Source of the DNA: Archaeoglobus fulgidus DSM 4304
Lineage (GTDB): Archaea; Halobacteriota; Archaeoglobi; Archaeoglobales; Archaeoglobaceae
Length of the DNA stretch: 32,000 nt
Reading direction: 5' to 3'
NCBI RefSeq assembly: GCF_000008665.1
Contig: NC_000917.1
Span: 1,680,001-1,712,000 of the forward strand
Part shown: piece by piece, positions 24,036-32,000 of the stretch
Layout of the letters: each line of letters opens with the position of its first letter
Position numbering within the stretch: the first letter of the stretch is position 1
Translations under genes and position numbers: made by a program
The notes under the pieces: generated by a model
What the model saw: only the letters and a program-made list of their open reading frames with translations
Told to the model about the DNA's origin: nothing
The model's database searches: none

Positions 24036-24455
24036 ATGGGAGTAAAGCTATCAGCAGACGGTATCAGATATCTCACTCTTTTTGAGAATCTTACAGGAGC
24101 GAGCGTCAAGGACTGTCTTGTTTACGATGACAAGGTCGTCTTCGTTGTTAGAAGGGGGCACATGGGTGTTGCGATTGGCAAGGGAGGAATCAACGTCGAG
24201 AGAGCGAGAGAGCTCATAGGCAAGCGAATTGAAATTATCGAGCACTCAGAAGACCCAGCAGAGTTTATTGCCAATATTTTTAAACCCATTAAGGTTAATG
24301 TCAAATTAATGGAGAAAGAAGGTTCAAAAATAGCAGTAGTGAGTGTCAGTCCAGATTTAAAAGGAATAGTGATTGGAAAAGGAGGTAAAAACATTAATAA
24401 AGCCAAAGAACTGGCTAAGAGGCATCACGATATTGAAGACGTGATAGTAAGGTGA
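24036..24455 (+). CDS. nusA: Archaeal NusA-like KH-domain protein
   Basis: 139 aa with two KH GxxG loops ([16 protein letters not shown]). It sits at the conserved position between L30e and S12. Confidence 0.85.
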   Translation: MGVKLSADGIRYLTLFENLTGASVKDCLVYDDKVVFVVRRGHMGVAIGKGGINVERARELIGKRIEIIEHSEDPAEFIANIFKPIKVNVKLMEKEGSKIAVVSVSPDLKGIVIGKGGKNINKAKELAKRHHDIEDVIVR

Positions 24456-24889
24456 TGGATATGGGTAGAGGATTATTCGCTGCGAGAAAGCTCATGGAAA
24501 ACAGGAAGAAGTTCAGGTGGAGCGACAGGAGATTCGTCAGAAGGACTCTTGGTTTAGCTGCCAAAGCAGACCCGCTTGAGGGAGCACCGATGGCGAGGGG
24601 AATTGTGCTGGAGAAGATCGGTATCGAGGCGAGACAGCCGAACTCAGCCATCAGGAAGGCTGTCAGAGTGCAGCTAATCAAGAACGGCAGGCAGATTACA
24701 GCCTTCTGCCCCGGAGATGGTGCTATCAACTTCATCGACGAGCACGATGAGGTCATTGTGGAGAAAATCGGAGGAAGGATGGGCAGAAGCATGGGAGATA
24801 TTCCGGGAGTGAGGTACAAGGTTGTCAAGGTGAACAACACCAGCCTCAGGGAGCTTGTGAGGGGCAGGAAAGAGAAGAGGCTGAGGTGA
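24455..24889 (+). CDS. rps12: Ribosomal protein S12 (uS12)
   Basis: [28 protein letters not shown] is the S12 core. The ATG at 24455 overlaps the nusA TGA stop. The track ORF starts 3 nt earlier at a GTG. Confidence 0.95.
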   Translation: MDMGRGLFAARKLMENRKKFRWSDRRFVRRTLGLAAKADPLEGAPMARGIVLEKIGIEARQPNSAIRKAVRVQLIKNGRQITAFCPGDGAINFIDEHDEVIVEKIGGRMGRSMGDIPGVRYKVVKVNNTSLRELVRGRKEKRLR

Positions 24890-24893
24890 AGGC

Positions 24894-25478
24894 ATGAAAT
24901 ACGGTTTTACAAAGGAGGAGCTGCTGGTTTTTGGCAAGTATGATCCAAGCGAGGTTCAAATCAGCGATCCAGCACTGGAGAGCTACATCTGCCTTGAGCC
25001 GAAGTACGTGCCGCACAACCACGGAAGGCATGCCAACGTCCCATTTGCGAAGCAGAAGGTGTTCATTGTCGAGAGGCTGATAAACAAGGTCATGAGGAAG
25101 GGCCACAACACGGGGAAGAAGATTCTCGCCTACAACATAGTTAAGGAGGCTTTCGAGATTATTGAGAAGAAGACAAAGAAGAATCCCATTCAGGTTCTCG
25201 TTGATGCGATTATCAATGCAGGGCCGAGGGAAGAGGTTGTAAGGCTGAAGTACGGTGGTATTGCCGTTCCCAAGGCCGTTGACACCTCAAGCTCAAGGAG
25301 AGTTGATATAGCTCTCAGAAACATTGCAGAGGGTGCGAGGAGGGCTGCATTTAAATCAAAGAGAAGCATCGCTCAGTGTTTGGCGGATGAGATTATTGCT
25401 GCCGCAAACAACGAGAGCAGGAGTTTTGCAGTGGCGAAGAAAGAGGAAGTTGAGAGAGTCGCCAAGTCAGCGAGGTGA
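24894..25478 (+). CDS. rps7: Ribosomal protein S7 (uS7)
   Basis: 194 aa. The S7 family C-terminal block reads [26 protein letters not shown]. Confidence 0.95.
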   Translation: MKYGFTKEELLVFGKYDPSEVQISDPALESYICLEPKYVPHNHGRHANVPFAKQKVFIVERLINKVMRKGHNTGKKILAYNIVKEAFEIIEKKTKKNPIQVLVDAIINAGPREEVVRLKYGGIAVPKAVDTSSSRRVDIALRNIAEGARRAAFKSKRSIAQCLADEIIAAANNESRSFAVAKKEEVERVAKSAR

Positions 25479-25483
25479 TTTTA

Positions 25484-27670
25484 ATGGCCAGAGCGAAGAA
25501 AGTCGACAAGATTAAGGAGTTAATGTGGAAACCGAAGTTCATAAGAAACATTGGAATTGTCGCTCACATCGACCATGGAAAAACAACGTTGAGCGACAAC
25601 CTTCTTGCCGGAGCCGGAATGATCAGCGAGGAGCTTGCGGGACAGCAGCTCTATCTCGACTTCGATGAGCAGGAGCAGGAGAGGGGAATTACCATAAATG
25701 CTGCGAACGTTTCTATGGTTCACGAGTACGAGGGGCAGGACTACCTCATCAACCTCATTGACACTCCCGGACATGTGGACTTCGGAGGAGACGTTACGAG
25801 GGCGATGAGAGCTGTTGATGGTGTCATCGTTGTTGTTGATGCTGTTGAGGGTGTAATGCCGCAAACTGAGACAGTTCTTAGGCAGGCTTTGAAGGAGAAC
25901 GTCAAGCCGGTTCTCTTCGTCAACAAGGTTGACAGGCTTATCAAGGAGCTTGAGCTAACGCCGCAGCAGATGCAGGAGAGGCTTATTAAAGTAATTACTG
26001 AAGTCAACAAGCTCATCAAGGCAATGAGGCCCGACAAGTACTCGGAATGGAAGATTGACGTTGCCAACGGAAGCGCAGCTTTCGGCTCAGCGCTCTACAA
26101 CTGGGCTGTAAGTGTGCCATCTCAGAAGAAGACCGGAATAGGTTTTAAGGAAGTTTACGAGCACATTAAAGAGGGCAAGGTTAAGGAGCTCGCCAAGAAG
26201 AGCCCCCTTTATCAGGTTGTCCTCGACATGGTCATAAGGCACCTTCCCTCCCCAATTGAGGCTCAGAAGGAGAGAATAGCCGTTATCTGGAAGGGAGACA
26301 TTAACAGCGAAGTGGGCAAGGCGATGGTAAACTGCGACCCCAAAGGGCCGGTTGCGTTGATGATTACCAAAATCGTTGTCGAGCCGCAGGCAGGCGAGAT
26401 TGCGGTTGGGAGGCTTTACAGCGGAACAATAAGGCCGGGAATGGAGCTTTACATAGTCGACAGAAAGGCAAAGAACAGAATCCAGACGGTCGGTCTCTAC
26501 ATGGGGCCGAGGAGGGTTGAGGTTGATGAAATCCCCGCGGGAAACATTGTTGCGGTGATTGGCTTGAAGGATGCTGTTGCAGGTTCAACCTGCACAACGG
26601 TTGAAAATCTAACGCCCTTCGAGAGCATCAAGCACTACAGCGAGCCCGTTGTTACGATGGCCATTGAGGCCAAGAACCCGAGGGACCTGCCGAAGCTCAT
26701 TGAGGTGCTTAGAAAGCTCGCGAAGGAAGACCCAACGCTTCACATCACGCTTAATGAGGAGACGGGAGAGCACCTCATAAGCGGTATGGGAGAGCTTCAT
26801 CTCGAAGTCAAGGTTGAGAAGATCAGAAGGGACTACAAGCTTGATGTTATCACCTCCCCGCCAATTGTCGTCTTCAGGGAGACTGTTACCGGCACCTCCC
26901 CTGTTGTGGAGGGCAAGTCGCCGAACAAGCACAACAGGTTCTACATTGTTGTCGAACCCTTGCCGGAGAAGGTAATTCAGATGTTCAAAGAGGGCGTAGT
27001 TGACATGAAAATGGACAAGAAAGAGAGAAGGAGACTTCTCCAAGAAGCTGGACTCACAAGCGAAGAAGCTGCCGGAGCGGAGGAGTACTACGAAGGGAAT
27101 CTCTTCTGCGACGTCACGAAGGGTATTCAGTACCTCAATGAGACTATGGAGCTGATTCTTGAGGGATTCAGAGAGGCGATGAGAGCGGGGCCAATTGCAA
27201 GGGAGCCGTGCATGGGCATAAAGGTAAAGCTGGTTGACTGTAAGCTCCACGAGGATGCTGTTCACAGGGGGCCAGCACAGGTAATTCCAGCGGTGAGGTC
27301 GGCAATCTTTGCCGCAATACTGCAGGCAAAGCCAGCGCTACTCGAACCGTACCAGAAGATATTCATTACAGTCCCGCAGGACATGATGGGTGCTGTGACG
27401 AGAGAAATCCAGGGTAGAAGAGGCCAGATACTCGAAATGAAAACCGAAGGAGACATGGTAACGATAATCGCAAAGGCACCGGTTAAAGAGATGTTCGGAT
27501 TTGCCGGGGCTATAAGAGGGGCTACTTCAGGAAAGGCCATCTGGAGCACAGAGCACGCGGGATTCGAACTCGTCCCACAGAACCTCTTCCAGGAATTCGT
27601 AATGGAGGTCAGGAAGAGAAAAGGACTGAAACTTGAAATGCCAAAGCCCGAAGATTTTGTTGGGCTCTAA
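25484..27670 (+). CDS. fusA: Translation elongation factor 2 (aEF-2)
   Basis: G1 [10 protein letters not shown]3 DTPGHVDF, G4 NKVDR, and the diphthamide-region HEDAVHRG. I chose the ATG at 25484 (MARAKK...) over the GTG at 25475. Confidence 0.95.
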   Translation: MARAKKVDKIKELMWKPKFIRNIGIVAHIDHGKTTLSDNLLAGAGMISEELAGQQLYLDFDEQEQERGITINAANVSMVHEYEGQDYLINLIDTPGHVDFGGDVTRAMRAVDGVIVVVDAVEGVMPQTETVLRQALKENVKPVLFVNKVDRLIKELELTPQQMQERLIKVITEVNKLIKAMRPDKYSEWKIDVANGSAAFGSALYNWAVSVPSQKKTGIGFKEVYEHIKEGKVKELAKKSPLYQVVLDMVIRHLPSPIEAQKERIAVIWKGDINSEVGKAMVNCDPKGPVALMITKIVVEPQAGEIAVGRLYSGTIRPGMELYIVDRKAKNRIQTVGLYMGPRRVEVDEIPAGNIVAVIGLKDAVAGSTCTTVENLTPFESIKHYSEPVVTMAIEAKNPRDLPKLIEVLRKLAKEDPTLHITLNEETGEHLISGMGELHLEVKVEKIRRDYKLDVITSPPIVVFRETVTGTSPVVEGKSPNKHNRFYIVVEPLPEKVIQMFKEGVVDMKMDKKERRRLLQEAGLTSEEAAGAEEYYEGNLFCDVTKGIQYLNETMELILEGFREAMRAGPIAREPCMGIKVKLVDCKLHEDAVHRGPAQVIPAVRSAIFAAILQAKPALLEPYQKIFITVPQDMMGAVTREIQGRRGQILEMKTEGDMVTIIAKAPVKEMFGFAGAIRGATSGKAIWSTEHAGFELVPQNLFQEFVMEVRKRKGLKLEMPKPEDFVGL

Positions 27671-27681
27671 TTTTTTCTTTT
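27671..27681 (+). terminator. Oligo-T tract (TTTTTTCTTTT) after EF-2; candidate archaeal terminator of the RNAP/str cluster
   Basis: The T-rich run begins immediately after the EF-2 TAA stop. Confidence 0.35.
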
Positions 27682-27686
27682 AACAC

Positions 27687-28316
27687 ATGCAGGAACTTGA
27701 GCCCGTTGACAGGTTTAACTTTGCCTGTTATCCCGGCATAAAGTGCTTTAACGAGTGCTGTAAGAATCTAAACCTCGCTTTAACACCCTACGACGTTCTC
27801 AGAATGGCGAGGGGGCTGAAGATTACAACAACGGAGTTCCTCGAAAAGTACACGTCAAGACATGTGGGGATGGCAACCGGGCTTCCCGTTGTCGTGCTGA
27901 GGATGGTGGATGAAAGGTGTCCCTTTGTGACCGAAAGAGGATGCAGCATCTACGCCCATCGCCCCACACCGTGCAGACTCTACCCCCTCGCAAGGGTCAG
28001 AGTTGGCGAAGAAATCCAGTACTACCTGCTGAGAGAGGATTTCTGCCTTGGGCATGCGGAAGAAAGAGAGTGGAGCCCGGAAAAGTGGGTTGAGGATCAG
28101 GGAGCGATGGAGTACAACAGCATGAACGACCTATTCTTCGAGCTGGTTTCGGCAAAAAACAGATCGGGAAGGACGCTGAGTGAAAGTGAAATCGAAGAAA
28201 TATACAAAGCCTGCTTCGACGTTGACAGGTTCAAGAGCGAAACGGAGATTGAGGACGACATAGAAGCGCTGAAAGAAGGAATTCGCTACTCCATAGATTT
28301 GGTTCTCTCACTTTAA
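27687..28316 (+). CDS. YkgJ/UPF0153-type Cys-rich (putative Zn/Fe-chelating) protein
   Basis: The N-terminal CYPGIKCFNECC cluster plus CPF...GCSIYAHRPTPCRLYP is the pattern of the CxxCxxCC (YkgJ) domain family. Confidence 0.7.
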   Translation: MQELEPVDRFNFACYPGIKCFNECCKNLNLALTPYDVLRMARGLKITTTEFLEKYTSRHVGMATGLPVVVLRMVDERCPFVTERGCSIYAHRPTPCRLYPLARVRVGEEIQYYLLREDFCLGHAEEREWSPEKWVEDQGAMEYNSMNDLFFELVSAKNRSGRTLSESEIEEIYKACFDVDRFKSETEIEDDIEALKEGIRYSIDLVLSL

Positions 28317-28349
28317 AAAAGGTTAAATACTTCCCTCCTTATTCCCCCT

Positions 28350-28955
28350 ATGAAACTGCTGGCAATAAATGGCAGCCCCAACAAGAGAAACACGCTGTTC
28401 TTGCTTGAGGTGATTGCCGAAGAGGTGAAAAAGCTTGGTCATGAGGCAGAGATCATCCACCTGAAAGACTACGAGATTAAGGAGTGCAAGGGCTGCGATG
28501 CCTGTTTGAAAGGAGACTGCAGCCAGAAAGATGACATCTACAAGGTGCTTGAGAAGATGCAGGAGGCAGATGCGATAGTTATCGGCACTCCCACGTACTT
28601 CGGAAACGTGACGGGAATTGTTAAGAATCTCATCGACAGAAGCAGGATGGCGAGAATGGGGAATTACAGGCTGAGAAACAGAGTTTTTGCTCCCGTTGTA
28701 ACTTCAGGCCTCAGAAACGGAGGTGCTGAGTACGCGGCGATGAGCCTCATAGTTTACGCACTCGGCCAGGCAATGCTTCCAGTTTCGATAGTTGAAAACC
28801 CCATCACGACGGGAACGTTCCCTGTTGGAGTGATTCAGGGAGATGCGGGGTGGAGAAGCGTTAAAAAGGATGAAATTGCGATAAACTCTGCGAAAGCTCT
28901 CGCAAAAAGGATTGTGGAGGTTGCTGAAGCAACCAAGAACTTGAGAGAGTCCTAA
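28350..28955 (+). CDS. Iron-sulfur flavoprotein (Isf) / NADPH-dependent FMN reductase family
   Basis: The flavodoxin-like start MKLLAINGSPNK, the compact CX2CX2CX5C motif (CKGCDACLKGDC) and the GTPTYFGN FMN loop. Confidence 0.75.
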   Translation: MKLLAINGSPNKRNTLFLLEVIAEEVKKLGHEAEIIHLKDYEIKECKGCDACLKGDCSQKDDIYKVLEKMQEADAIVIGTPTYFGNVTGIVKNLIDRSRMARMGNYRLRNRVFAPVVTSGLRNGGAEYAAMSLIVYALGQAMLPVSIVENPITTGTFPVGVIQGDAGWRSVKKDEIAINSAKALAKRIVEVAEATKNLRES

Positions 28956-30019
28956 ACCACCCAGTCCTTCAACTCTATTTTTCTTCCCGTAACCCTGGCA
29001 ACCGCAACCCTTACAAGTGATATAAGGCAAATCACAGTCCACAGCGGTGAGTAAATGAAGTAGTAAATCGGAAGGACTTTCATGTCCACTCTGTAACCGA
29101 GCTTTTTCGATGCAAGCAAAATAAGGCCCGACCATGCAACGAAAGACGCCACTCCCGCAACCAAGTTTCTCACGTTCTCCATCTCGTAAACGGCCAGTAT
29201 AGCTATTGAAGCGAGCTTTGGTGAAATAAGTGCCAGAAAGGGCAAGACAAGGTAAAGAAGCTTTGCAATGTAGTTTTCGGTGAAAAAGAGAGAAATCACC
29301 AAACCGAATATCGCAGGGTAGAAGAGCACCAGATACGGCACCCACAAACGAGGTTTGCGAATGATTGCCGAGAGGTTCTCCACAAAAACCTCCGTCCCTC
29401 CTACGCTCCACCTTTCCCTCTGCCTGAACCACTCTCCAATGCTCTTTGGGACTGACGTAACGGCCCTTCCGCATACTGCGAATCTGTATCCCCCTAACGC
29501 CGCCCTAATGCCGAGTTCCGTGTCCTCATTAACCTTACACCTGAACCCTCCAAGCTCCTCAAAGGCCCTTCTTTTTATCAAAAACGCCGCACCGTTAACC
29601 CCAAGACAAGAGCCGAATTTTGAGGCGAGCTTGGCACACATCGCCATAACAAGATAGTCCACAGCAACGAGCTTTTCAAGCAACCCTTTTCCCTCGACCT
29701 CTTTAACAACTTCAACAACATCGGCACCGTTAAGACCCGTGAGATTCTTGATTATGGTATCCGAATCCAGAAAAAGCAGCTCTTCACCATCGGCAATCCT
29801 TGCAGCATCGTTCAGCGCTCTCCACTTTCCTCTCCTCCTTTCGCTCACCGTAGCTCTGAGGCTGTACTTTTCAATTATCTCCCTAACGCTCTCCTCCGGC
29901 TCATCGGCGGCGACAATTACATCAAACCCCTCCTTCTGCAGCAGCCTCACGTTCTCCTCCAGAAACGCGGCATTCTTGTACACTGCAATCACTGCTGTTT
30001 TCATCTGAAGGTCGAGCAT
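28952..30019 (-). CDS. Family 2 glycosyltransferase with C-terminal transmembrane domain (processive-type QxxRW)
   Basis: GT-A fold start (AVIAVYKNAAFLEE), DxD (FLDSDT) and FRQRERWSVG. At least 4 C-terminal hydrophobic helices follow. An alternative ATG lies at 30004. Confidence 0.8.
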   Translation of the reverse strand: MLDLQMKTAVIAVYKNAAFLEENVRLLQKEGFDVIVAADEPEESVREIIEKYSLRATVSERRRGKWRALNDAARIADGEELLFLDSDTIIKNLTGLNGADVVEVVKEVEGKGLLEKLVAVDYLVMAMCAKLASKFGSCLGVNGAAFLIKRRAFEELGGFRCKVNEDTELGIRAALGGYRFAVCGRAVTSVPKSIGEWFRQRERWSVGGTEVFVENLSAIIRKPRLWVPYLVLFYPAIFGLVISLFFTENYIAKLLYLVLPFLALISPKLASIAILAVYEMENVRNLVAGVASFVAWSGLILLASKKLGYRVDMKVLPIYYFIYSPLWTVICLISLVRVAVARVTGRKIELKDWVV

Positions 30020-30093
30020 TGCCTCGCCACAAAAAGGTATCGGAATGACTAAGTTTTTAAATTGCCAAGTCTAATTTTTACAGGTGTCAGGAA

Positions 30094-30447
30094 ATGATCA
30101 AAGTGATGGTCGTCGATGATGAAATTGCAATGAGGGAAATTCTCAAAATAATGCTTAAAGATTACAAGGTCATCGAGGCCTCGAACGGAAGGGAGGCGGT
30201 TGAGCTGTACAGGGAGGAGCGGCCGGACATCGTTCTCATGGACGTCATGATGCCCCTGATGAATGGAATTGAGGCCACATCGGAAATCAAGAAAATAGAC
30301 CCTGATGCAAAAATAGTCGCGATAACGGCCTACGCAAGCTCCAAAGGGGAGAAGGTAATTGAAGCCGGGGCGGATTACATTCTCAAAAAACCCTTCACCA
30401 GAAAGGAGGTGGTGGAGCTTATTAAGAGAATTCTCAACTCGTCCTAA
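30094..30447 (+). CDS. Single-domain CheY-like response regulator receiver
   Basis: 117 aa. VVDDE acidic pocket, phospho-acceptor context IVLMDVMMP, ITAYA and KKPF. Confidence 0.9.
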   Translation: MIKVMVVDDEIAMREILKIMLKDYKVIEASNGREAVELYREERPDIVLMDVMMPLMNGIEATSEIKKIDPDAKIVAITAYASSKGEKVIEAGADYILKKPFTRKEVVELIKRILNSS

Positions 30448-30489
30448 TCTGCAATAACTATTTATAAAGCGAGTTAGAATTTTATTTGA

Positions 30490-31689
30490 ATGTCATCTGA
30501 CATGGAAGGAGGTATGATAACCATGAAAGCTAACGACACTACAAAATACTTAATTCATGCTGAAATAGAAGCAGAAGGTGTTGTTGAACGTCCTGACGTA
30601 GTTGGGGCTATATTCGGTCAAACTGAGGGACTGCTGGGTGGTGACCTGGACCTGAGAGAACTGCAGAAAACTGGGAGAATAGGGAGGATAGAGGTTAAGA
30701 TAGAGAGCAAGGGAGGCAGGAGCTTTGGAGAAATCAAGGTTCCATCGAGCCTCGATAAGGTGGAAACGGCTATCCTAGCTGCAGCGCTTGAAACGATCGA
30801 GAGAGTTGGGCCATGCTCTGCAAAGATTAAAGTTCTGAAAATTGAGGACGTGAGGGCGAGCAAGAGGAAGAGAATCGTTGAGAGGGCCATGAACATTCTC
30901 AGAGAGCACTTCGAAGAGCCGGAGATTGAGTCTGAGAGGATAGTGGAAATCGTAAGGCAGGCTATAAGGGCTGACGAGATTGTCGAATACGGCGAGGAAA
31001 AGCTGCCAGCAGGGCCAGCGATTGATGAGTCTGATGCAATAATAGTCGTCGAGGGCAGGGCTGACGTGCTGAACCTGCTGAAGCACGGAATCAAGAACGT
31101 TATTGCTGTCGAGGGAACGAATATACCTAAAACGATAGTTGAGCTCAGCAAGAAGAAGACCGTTACAGCGTTTCTTGATGGTGACAGGGGAGGAGATTTG
31201 ATTTTAAAGGAATTGCTGCAAGTTGCTGAGGTTGACTACGTGGCAAGGGCACCTGAAGGGAAAGAAGTGGAGGATTTGACGCAGAAGGAAATCCTGAAGT
31301 CCCTTAGGAACAAAGTTCCGGTTGAGCAGCTTCACGTGCTGAAGAAGGAGGCAAAGGAGGGCAGGGAAAGGGAGAAACTAGCGGAAATGCCCAAGGACAG
31401 CATCTCCGACGTGCTCAGGAAGCACACAGAGTCCGTGAAGGGCAGACTGACTGCAAGAGTCCTCGACAGGAACTTGAACGTCATAAAGGAGGTTCCGGTG
31501 AGGGACCTTGTAAAGATCCTGAAGACCAACAACATGAAGGGCAGTGCGATCGTCTTTGACGGCATTATAACACAGAGACTCATCGATCTCGCCGCGAAAA
31601 AAGAGTTTGACTACATCGTCGGAGTTAGGCTAGGAAGTGTTGTTAAGGTCCCCACATCACTCAGAGTTATTACTTTTGATCAACTTTAA
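30490..31689 (+). CDS. dnaG: Archaeal DnaG (Toprim primase-like, exosome-associated)
   Basis: N-terminal block GVVERPDVVGAIFGQTEGLLG. Toprim motifs VVEGRADV and LDGDRGGD. Start options are the ATG at 30490 (leaderless relative to TTTATAAA at 30461-30468) or the ATG at 30523 after GGAGGT. Confidence 0.9.
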   Translation: MSSDMEGGMITMKANDTTKYLIHAEIEAEGVVERPDVVGAIFGQTEGLLGGDLDLRELQKTGRIGRIEVKIESKGGRSFGEIKVPSSLDKVETAILAAALETIERVGPCSAKIKVLKIEDVRASKRKRIVERAMNILREHFEEPEIESERIVEIVRQAIRADEIVEYGEEKLPAGPAIDESDAIIVVEGRADVLNLLKHGIKNVIAVEGTNIPKTIVELSKKKTVTAFLDGDRGGDLILKELLQVAEVDYVARAPEGKEVEDLTQKEILKSLRNKVPVEQLHVLKKEAKEGREREKLAEMPKDSISDVLRKHTESVKGRLTARVLDRNLNVIKEVPVRDLVKILKTNNMKGSAIVFDGIITQRLIDLAAKKEFDYIVGVRLGSVVKVPTSLRVITFDQL

Positions 31690-32000
31690 TTTTTTTAACC
31701 TCTACCGCTTTAAGTATTATTTCCACTACTCCTTCAGCATCAAAGCTTCCCGAATTTATTATAAGATCGTAAATCGTCCAGTTGTCGATGTCGATGCTGT
31801 AAAACTTCCAGTACCTCCTCTTTTCAAATTCCTCCCTGAGCCTCGTCTCCTGCCTCACTACGGTTAGGTCCTTTCCCTCTCTCTTTGCTATTCTCGAGTA
31901 CCTTACCTCGGGGTCGGCAAAAATCCAAACCTTGAGGTCGGCGTTTTTAACAAACCAGCCGGAAAGTCTGCCCTCGACCACAACGTTCTTCTCCTTCTCC
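31670..32000 (-). CDS. cmk: Archaeal-type cytidylate kinase, C-terminal part (the gene continues beyond the right edge)
   Basis: VVEGRLSGWFVKNADLKVWIFADPEVRYSRIAKREG...IYDLIINSG matches the archaeal CMP kinase family. The reading frame stays open to position 32000. Confidence 0.8.
   Translation of the reverse strand, partial: EKEKNVVVEGRLSGWFVKNADLKVWIFADPEVRYSRIAKREGKDLTVVRQETRLREEFEKRRYWKFYSIDIDNWTIYDLIINSGSFDAEGVVEIILKAVEVKKIKVDQK
31690..31696 (+). terminator. T7 tract directly after the dnaG stop
   Basis: TTTTTTT begins 1 nt after the dnaG TAA stop. It lies inside the 3' end of the convergent cmk gene. Confidence 0.3.

Overview
This is an archaeal chromosome segment from a euryarchaeon. 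It has a split rpoB, an rpoH-B''-B'-A'-A'' operon, and many promoters whose TATA box sits about 26 nt upstream of the ATG (leaderless geometry). From memory, the cas gene order matches the reference subtype I-A locus of Archaeoglobus fulgidus; I cannot verify that without a search.

Layout:
- 1-14.2 kb, composite CRISPR-Cas locus. It holds the start of a type III-B cmr operon (cmr1, the 5' part of cmr2, minus strand) and csa3 (CARF-wHTH regulator). A tightly overlapping type I-A interference operon follows (csa5-cas7-cas5-cas8a-like-cas3'-cas3''), then cas2. A convergent adaptation operon lies on the minus strand (csa1-cas1-cas4). A ~340-bp leader precedes a 44-repeat array (37-nt repeat ending ATTGAAAG, transcribed on the + strand). 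No cas6 lies in the window.
- 14.3-16.4 kb: tRNA-Thr(UGU), a two-gene ABC-2 exporter, and tRNA-Lys(UUU).
- 16.4-27.7 kb: fully canonical RNA polymerase / L30e / NusA / S12 / S7 / EF-2 cluster.
- 27.7-32 kb: housekeeping and miscellaneous genes (YkgJ-type Cys-rich protein, Isf-like flavoprotein, membrane GT2, CheY-like receiver, DnaG, cmk fragment).

I found no gene cluster that cannot be assigned to a known family. The signals that look least explained are at the array level:
- an exact 38-nt duplication flanking a 37-nt insert, which looks like an off-register spacer integration;
- repeat-like relics inside the leader;
- a hexamer (TATCAG) over-represented in a run of consecutive spacers;
- a GGAGG-N9-ATG module in every repeat.
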